NCBI GenBank assembly: GCA_965223795.1
Contig: CBDCXL010000002.1
Span: 1,440,001 to 1,504,000, forward strand
DNA: 64,000 nt
Direction: 5' to 3'
DNA from: Nitrospinales bacterium
Lineage (GTDB): Bacteria; Nitrospinota; Nitrospinia; Nitrospinales; VA-1
The stretch's first letter is position 1. Every line of letters begins with the position of its first letter. Under the pieces are notes generated by a model that did no database searches, was not told where the DNA came from, and saw only the letters and a program-made list of their open reading frames with translations. Position numbers and translations under genes: made by a program. Below are positions 57,282 to 64,000 of this stretch, piece after piece.

Positions 57282-58676
57282 TCAACAGGGTCCCCAGGAA
57301 GCTTTCTCATCGCCGTTGGATTTCAGGCACTGGCCTTTTTCTCCCATGCCGAAGCCCATGTTCATCTCATCCGCACGCATCCGGCTTTTTTTTCCCTGCG
57401 CGTCGCGGTACACGTTGCCCCAGCGATGGACCCGCTTGTCGCTGCCGGCGACGGGCGATGTTTCCACCGACCCTGCCTTGGGAAATTCGTTGCCCCACAG
57501 ATGCACCACCGCATCCGCCGTGTGCACTTTGATTTTCATCTGGCTTTCTGTGTGCGAATTGAACTCGTTGCCCCAGATGTTGAACGGGCCTTTGGTGCCG
57601 AGCCAGATGATTTCGCCCTGGGGCGGGATGTGGTTGCGGTCTGCATGAACGCGGTTGCCGTGAATGTTGACGGTGAAACCGACGCCGGAATAGCCTTTCG
57701 GGCCGATGCGGGCGAACCGCCCGGAGTTTTCCGCGAGCACTCCGGAAATGGTGGTGACGTCGTTGGGATTCATGATCCAGAAATCGATGATGTTGCGGAA
57801 CGCGACGCCGTGGACGATGCGAAACGAGCCGCCGTTTCCCGGCTGGCCGCCGCCTTTCGCCAGGGAGGTGGTCACGCAATACGGGCCCGCGGTCTTTTCA
57901 TCGCCTTTGGACCAGTCGAATTTCAAAAAATGCCGTTCATTGCCGCCGCAGTGCAGGTTTTCGATCAGATGCCACTTCGACTGGCTGTGTTCAAACGACA
58001 ATGCGGCGGTCTTATAATTGGTGCACTCGATGTCCTCGAAATGGTGCAGGTCGTTGTTGGCGTCGGGTCCCCGTCCCCCGGGCTTGAGCCGCATGCCGCC
58101 GGTGTCGCCGTCCACCGTGCGAAAGCATTTTGCGATGTGGCCGTTGGACCTGCCTTCCATGCGGATGCGGGAAAACCGGCCTTCCCGGATCGTGTGCCCG
58201 GCCTTGGTCTCCAGTTGAACCACCACATCGATCGGGCGGTCGGCGGTGACGCTGAAATCGTGCAGGTGAACGAATTTGGTGCCGCGCAGGCGGAACATGG
58301 GTTTTCCCGGCTCACCGCGCCAGATGAACTGGCAGCCGCCGGTGCCGCCGACGTTGGTGGAGCTGTTGGTGTCGCCGCCGAACGAGAACGGCGGATTTTG
58401 CGCCGGCCAGCCGTCGAACAGCAGGGTGTCGCGGATCGGGTAGCGGCCGTCCGGACACACGATGGCGCCGCTTTTGTTGGTCGCCACCATCCTGTTGATG
58501 GTCTGCTGCACGCAGGCGGTCGCATCCTGGGACCCGTTGTTGGGGCATTGCATTGTGATGGGACCTGTGGGACTCGCCGCGGCGCTTTTTTGAACAGACG
58601 GAGCCGCGCCTGCGGGAACGGTGAAAAAACCGTACAGGGCAATCGCAAGCAGATGAAATGGAAGAAACCGCCGCAT
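57282..58676 (-). CDS. Secreted putative right-handed beta-helix (pectin lyase-like) protein
   Basis: Signal peptide; DATACVQQTIN...IVCPDGRYPI resembles the DDT-AIQ-AI...V-FP-G-Y cap; repeated NIHGN / NIWGNEF / HLWGNEF / HRWGN strands. Confidence 0.6.
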   Translation of the reverse strand: MRRFLPFHLLAIALYGFFTVPAGAAPSVQKSAAASPTGPITMQCPNNGSQDATACVQQTINRMVATNKSGAIVCPDGRYPIRDTLLFDGWPAQNPPFSFGGDTNSSTNVGGTGGCQFIWRGEPGKPMFRLRGTKFVHLHDFSVTADRPIDVVVQLETKAGHTIREGRFSRIRMEGRSNGHIAKCFRTVDGDTGGMRLKPGGRGPDANNDLHHFEDIECTNYKTAALSFEHSQSKWHLIENLHCGGNERHFLKFDWSKGDEKTAGPYCVTTSLAKGGGQPGNGGSFRIVHGVAFRNIIDFWIMNPNDVTTISGVLAENSGRFARIGPKGYSGVGFTVNIHGNRVHADRNHIPPQGEIIWLGTKGPFNIWGNEFNSHTESQMKIKVHTADAVVHLWGNEFPKAGSVETSPVAGSDKRVHRWGNVYRDAQGKKSRMRADEMNMGFGMGEKGQCLKSNGDEKASWGPC

Positions 58677-58886
58677 GAAAGTCAAAACAGATGAAAGCAA
58701 TGGGAGCTGAGCACTGCTCCCTAACATAAAAGAGGTGTGCGTGAAGAAACAACTTTTTTAAAACGCAGCATTGTTTTTTAGGGAGGGACGGAATTGCGGG
58801 CGGGCGTCTTCTCGATCACTCTCACCCAAAAAGGAGATCGGGGCAGCAGTTGTTTCACACCAAGGCAGCGTTTTCGATCGAACCAA

Positions 58887-60839
58887 TCAAGGTGCAACGG
58901 CTTGCGCAGCCGGATACACGGAAGACACCGGAGTCCAGTCTTCAGCCGAAAAGGGATGCACGGTGACTTTACCCAGCGGCCGGCCGTGGCGGAACAGCTG
59001 CGCCCGGATTTCTCCGGCTCCAGCCAATGAAATCTGTCCTTCATAAAGGAAAGAGTCGGCTTTGGGCGGGCTGCCGTTCCAGGTGAAGCGGATCTCACTG
59101 TCTTTCACACGGCTTGCGAGATCGAGAGTGAGTCCACTGCCGCTTTGGTTGAGTGCGATGTCCACGTCGTACAGGCTGCGCGCGACTTTGATGCCGGTTT
59201 TTTCCAGCCGCGGCAGATGCGCGTCCAGCCGGTGAACGAAACCGTGCCAGTCTCTCTTTTTGCGGGGCGACCAGATCACCTCGGCGAGCGCCAGTACGCG
59301 GGGGTAGGCCATGTAGTCCACGGCGGCGCCGGTCTTCATGTATTCGGTCCAGATCTGCCCCTGGGCGCCCAATACCCGGGTGCGCTCTTGCTCTGACAGC
59401 GCGTCCGGAACGGGCTCGAACGCGTAGACTTTCTCGAGCGGCGTGTAACCTCCGATCGCAAGCGGCTCGCCCGGCGCCTGCGACTGATAATAATCGAAAT
59501 ACGTATGGCTGGAGGGCGCCATCACCACGTCGTGTCCGGCCCTCGCGGCGGTGATGCCGCCCCCCATACCGCGCCACGACATGACCGTGGCGTTGGGTGC
59601 GAGGCCGCCTTCCATGATTTCGTCCCAGCCGATGATCTTGCGTCCGCGCGCGTTCACGAACTTTTCGATGCGTTCGATGAAGTAGCTTTGCAGCTGATGT
59701 TCGTCGCGCAGGCCTTCGCGCTCAATGACCGCCTGGGCGGCGTGCGCCGCCCATCGGTCCTTCGGCGCTTCGTCACCACCGATGTGGATGTAGGGACCGG
59801 GAAACAGGTGCATGACCTCGGTGAGCACATCCTCCAGAAAGCGGAACGTCTCTTCATGCGGGCAGTAGATGTCCTGGTGCACGCCCCATATCTTCGAGAC
59901 GCTCAATGTTTCGCCGGTGCAGGCGAGTTGCGGGTAGGCGGCGAGCGCGGCCGTCGAATGTCCCGGCATCTCGATTTCCGGAATGACCGTCACGTGCCGG
60001 GCGGCGGCGTAACGCACGATCTCGCGGATTTCCTCCTGCGTGTAATGACCGCCGTGCGGGGTGCCGTCGTAGCGGAGAGGATTGTCGGTGATCAGTCCGA
60101 CCATGGTTTCGCTGCGCACACTGCCGATTTCGGTCAGGCGCGGGTATTTTTTGATTTCAATCCGCCAGCCCTGGTCGTCCGTCAGATGCCAGTGAAAACG
60201 GTTGAATTTGTATTGCGCCATCCGGTCGATGAATCGTTTGACGTATTCAGGCGGCATGAAATGCCGCGCCACGTCGAGCATGAGGCCGCGATAGGCAAAA
60301 CGCGGCTTGTCGTGGATGCGTATCTGCAAGATCGAGTCGCCCTCTTCCGGCATCAGCTGCCTTAACGTCTGCAGGCCGTAAAACACACCGGCCGGACTTT
60401 CTCCGCGCAGCGTGATGCGGTCGCGGCTCACTTCCAGTTGATATCCTTCCGCCCCCAATCCGGTATCCGCGATTTGCAAGTGCAGGTTTCCCCGCAGGCC
60501 CGCCAAAAACGGCTTTAAGGATTCAAGCTCAGGATGACCGGCGTTCACGGTGAGTGTGCCGGGGAGCGCGCGTGTTTCTTTCTGCCACACAATCTGCATG
60601 GGCGCGGGTATGAGGACGGGAGTGGCGCTGCGGTTTGGTTGGATTTCTGTCTGCCGCGCGGCGGGCGGGTCGATCCGGTCCGCTTTGTCGAGCCGAACGG
60701 CGTTTCCGGCTAAAGACTCGGCGGCACCGATGTGTGCAAGGCAAACGACCAGTGCCGGAATCGTGAGGAATCTGCCTGGATGTGCAAAATGGTCTTTACC
60801 AGAGGAGAGAAGCCGACTCAACGACCTGTTCAGAGGCAT
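58887..60839 (-). CDS. Beta-N-acetylhexosaminidase (GH20) with C-terminal chitobiase-like domain
   Basis: RGLMLDVARHF, FHWHLTDDQGWR, IPEIEMPGH, HIGGDE catalytic motif, GWDE, WTEY, YPR. Confidence 0.95.
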   Translation of the reverse strand: MPLNRSLSRLLSSGKDHFAHPGRFLTIPALVVCLAHIGAAESLAGNAVRLDKADRIDPPAARQTEIQPNRSATPVLIPAPMQIVWQKETRALPGTLTVNAGHPELESLKPFLAGLRGNLHLQIADTGLGAEGYQLEVSRDRITLRGESPAGVFYGLQTLRQLMPEEGDSILQIRIHDKPRFAYRGLMLDVARHFMPPEYVKRFIDRMAQYKFNRFHWHLTDDQGWRIEIKKYPRLTEIGSVRSETMVGLITDNPLRYDGTPHGGHYTQEEIREIVRYAAARHVTVIPEIEMPGHSTAALAAYPQLACTGETLSVSKIWGVHQDIYCPHEETFRFLEDVLTEVMHLFPGPYIHIGGDEAPKDRWAAHAAQAVIEREGLRDEHQLQSYFIERIEKFVNARGRKIIGWDEIMEGGLAPNATVMSWRGMGGGITAARAGHDVVMAPSSHTYFDYYQSQAPGEPLAIGGYTPLEKVYAFEPVPDALSEQERTRVLGAQGQIWTEYMKTGAAVDYMAYPRVLALAEVIWSPRKKRDWHGFVHRLDAHLPRLEKTGIKVARSLYDVDIALNQSGSGLTLDLASRVKDSEIRFTWNGSPPKADSFLYEGQISLAGAGEIRAQLFRHGRPLGKVTVHPFSAEDWTPVSSVYPAAQAVAP

Positions 60840-61110
60840 GATCTTGAACCCTTTTGTGGCCGGTTAATAAGAGACTGCCTAGTTTGAGTTTTGCTTTGGG
60901 GAAACAAAGACCGGATCGACTACGGTGATCCGTCCGGACGGCGCCGGAATTACAGATTGCGGGGACAACGGGCTCTTTGGCCCATCCTTTCACTTGAGAC
61001 TCGATTCATAAAACTCAGCAAGCTGGCGCTCACCAAAGAAGCCGTATTGTAAAATAAAACAGTATGTTCTGTATATACCTCGATCAGACTATTTGACTCT
61101 GACAGACCGG

Positions 61111-62298
61111 TCATACTTTAAAAAAAATCCGTTTGTCGTGCATGATCTGCAACGGCAGGTAGACCAGTATGAGAAACACGAAGGCGAACAGGATCGATCC
61201 GTTGTATCCGCCAAAGAGCGGTTGAAACCAATTTTCGAACAGCCAGTCCTTCAGCGTTCCAACGCCGCCCATCTGCACCATGGAGAGGATACCCGCCAGC
61301 ACTCCCTGCAGAGTGTAAAAGGTGATGGCGTTCAAGCCGCACACGGCGAACGGCGCCGCCCACAACCTCCACGGCCTGCTTTTGAGCAGCACGATCAGTC
61401 CGGCCAGACTGACCGCCGCCAGCCCGGAAGATAAAAGAACAAACGTCGGCGTCCACAGCGTTTTGTTGATCGGCAAAACGGTATGCAGCAGCTGCCCGAT
61501 CACAGCGGCGGCGAGACCGGACGCGGCGAGCCTGCGCAGTTTGGTCGAGGGATGGATGTCCGGTCGCTGGAACCAGGTCGCCGCAAGCGCGCCGCTCAGA
61601 CAGGTGGCGATGGACGGCAGCGTGGACAACAGACCCTCCGGGTCGTAGACGAACGGCGTCGCCGTGTTGTAATAAACGTGGCTGGCTCCCAACAGCAAGG
61701 AATCCATGTAGGCGGGAAGGCTGTTGCCATGCTCCAGCAATCCCGAATACTGATTCGAATCCCCGTAGGAGGTGTGCAGGATCAACACCGAATAGCCGGC
61801 CAGCAAACCCATCAGCCACAAAACGCGGCCGCGCAGCTGAAAATTCAGAACCAGCAGGCTGGTGCACAGATAGACGATGGCGATGCGCTGCAGCACGCCC
61901 ATGATGCGCACGTTCGGCAGCATGTCGCTGAACCAGTTGTATCCGGCCTGGTAAAAATTGAAGTAAAAAAGATTGAGGAACAATCCCAGCGCGAACAGTT
62001 TTGCGCTGCGCACCACGATGTTTTTATAGAGCGCCGCGTTCACCGGACGCGGCCGGTTCTCCGGCTCCAGCGCCATGACAATGGACATGCCCACGATGAA
62101 TAAAAAGAACGGGAAAACCAGATCGGCCAGCGTCCAGCCATGCCAGTCGGCATGCAGCATGGGAGCGTACACGTAGCCCCAGCTGCCGGGGTTGTTGACC
62201 AGGATCATCGCCGCCACCATCAAGCCGCGAAACACGTCCACCGCGAGCAGACGGCCGGCCGGATACTGTCGATACAGGTTCAACAAATGCGTGTGCAT
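61111..62298 (-). CDS. Heparan-alpha-glucosaminide N-acetyltransferase-like membrane protein (NagX-like)
   Basis: RLLAVDVFRG...MILVNNPG, HADWHGWTLADLVFPFFLFIVG, GVLQRI, DPEGLLST, PINKTLWT. Confidence 0.88.
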   Translation of the reverse strand: MHTHLLNLYRQYPAGRLLAVDVFRGLMVAAMILVNNPGSWGYVYAPMLHADWHGWTLADLVFPFFLFIVGMSIVMALEPENRPRPVNAALYKNIVVRSAKLFALGLFLNLFYFNFYQAGYNWFSDMLPNVRIMGVLQRIAIVYLCTSLLVLNFQLRGRVLWLMGLLAGYSVLILHTSYGDSNQYSGLLEHGNSLPAYMDSLLLGASHVYYNTATPFVYDPEGLLSTLPSIATCLSGALAATWFQRPDIHPSTKLRRLAASGLAAAVIGQLLHTVLPINKTLWTPTFVLLSSGLAAVSLAGLIVLLKSRPWRLWAAPFAVCGLNAITFYTLQGVLAGILSMVQMGGVGTLKDWLFENWFQPLFGGYNGSILFAFVFLILVYLPLQIMHDKRIFFKV

Positions 62299-62770
62299 GC
62301 TTTCCCGAAACAGGAAAAGGAGATCGATCGGCACGCGTGCGAGCAAGCATTGCGCTTGTGTGCCTGAGCTGTATTGAAATCAGCAGGGCCGGCTCAGAAG
62401 CGTCTGCTTCCAGGAGTTGCAAAATTCATTGAGCCGCCGTGTGATGAGAACGCGCTATGAGGAAATTCCCTGGGTCGATGCAGCGGGAATTTCAAATTCT
62501 AAAAACCGTTTTGTGAAAAACGATCGTTGACGTTCGCTTTGATGGGAAAAAATCTGGAAAATTTGCAGCGTGTCCGGAGAGATCTTTCTTTTTAGAAAGA
62601 GCGCATTACCTGCGCATTTAAAATTATATTGATTAAAATTTCAATATATTTTTAACAAATTTTATCACTGGTTTTGATTGAAGGATCATGCAGAACGCAT
62701 GCAGGCGAACCGTGAATGCAAGTCCGCGGCCTTAGAGCTGAGGGAAATCGCAGACGGGGGGCACGGCTCC

Positions 62771-64000
<1,230 letters not shown>

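Overview
GC-rich bacterial chromosomal window with about 55 protein-coding genes. No rRNA, tRNA, CRISPR array, transposase, integrase or phage gene was recognised. The gene style is loosely reminiscent of Nitrospina-like bacteria, but taxonomy cannot be established from this window. From 1-33 kb it is a mosaic of unlinked genes: a 7-bladed FG-GAP lipoprotein, a Cyc2-like cytochrome-porin behind a Fur-like box, several SAM methyltransferases, a TetR/methyltransferase/OsmC unit with two operators, a CbiX-like chelatase divergent from a CarH-like B12-binding MerR regulator, rtcB, an Aas-type fusion, an insertion-disrupted hydrolase and a TIR-TPR/STAS-like trio. From 34.4-54.6 kb there is a 14-gene minus-strand Wzx/Wzy-type polysaccharide cluster with two near-identical sigma54 promoters, bracketed by two pentapeptide-repeat genes. 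From 56-64 kb lie a collagen-like protein, a beta-helix protein, a GH20 hexosaminidase, a NagX-like protein and a partial sodium:solute symporter. The most unusual signals are: (i) a pentapeptide-repeat protein carrying two canonical beta-clamp-binding QLDLF motifs, (ii) an intergenic structured element with a 15-nt perfect complement to the 16S rRNA 3' tail ahead of a 14-codon ORF, (iii) the Fur-boxed Cyc2-like gene, and (iv) a self-templated 56-nt insertion. All family assignments come from motif recognition by eye, not database searches.
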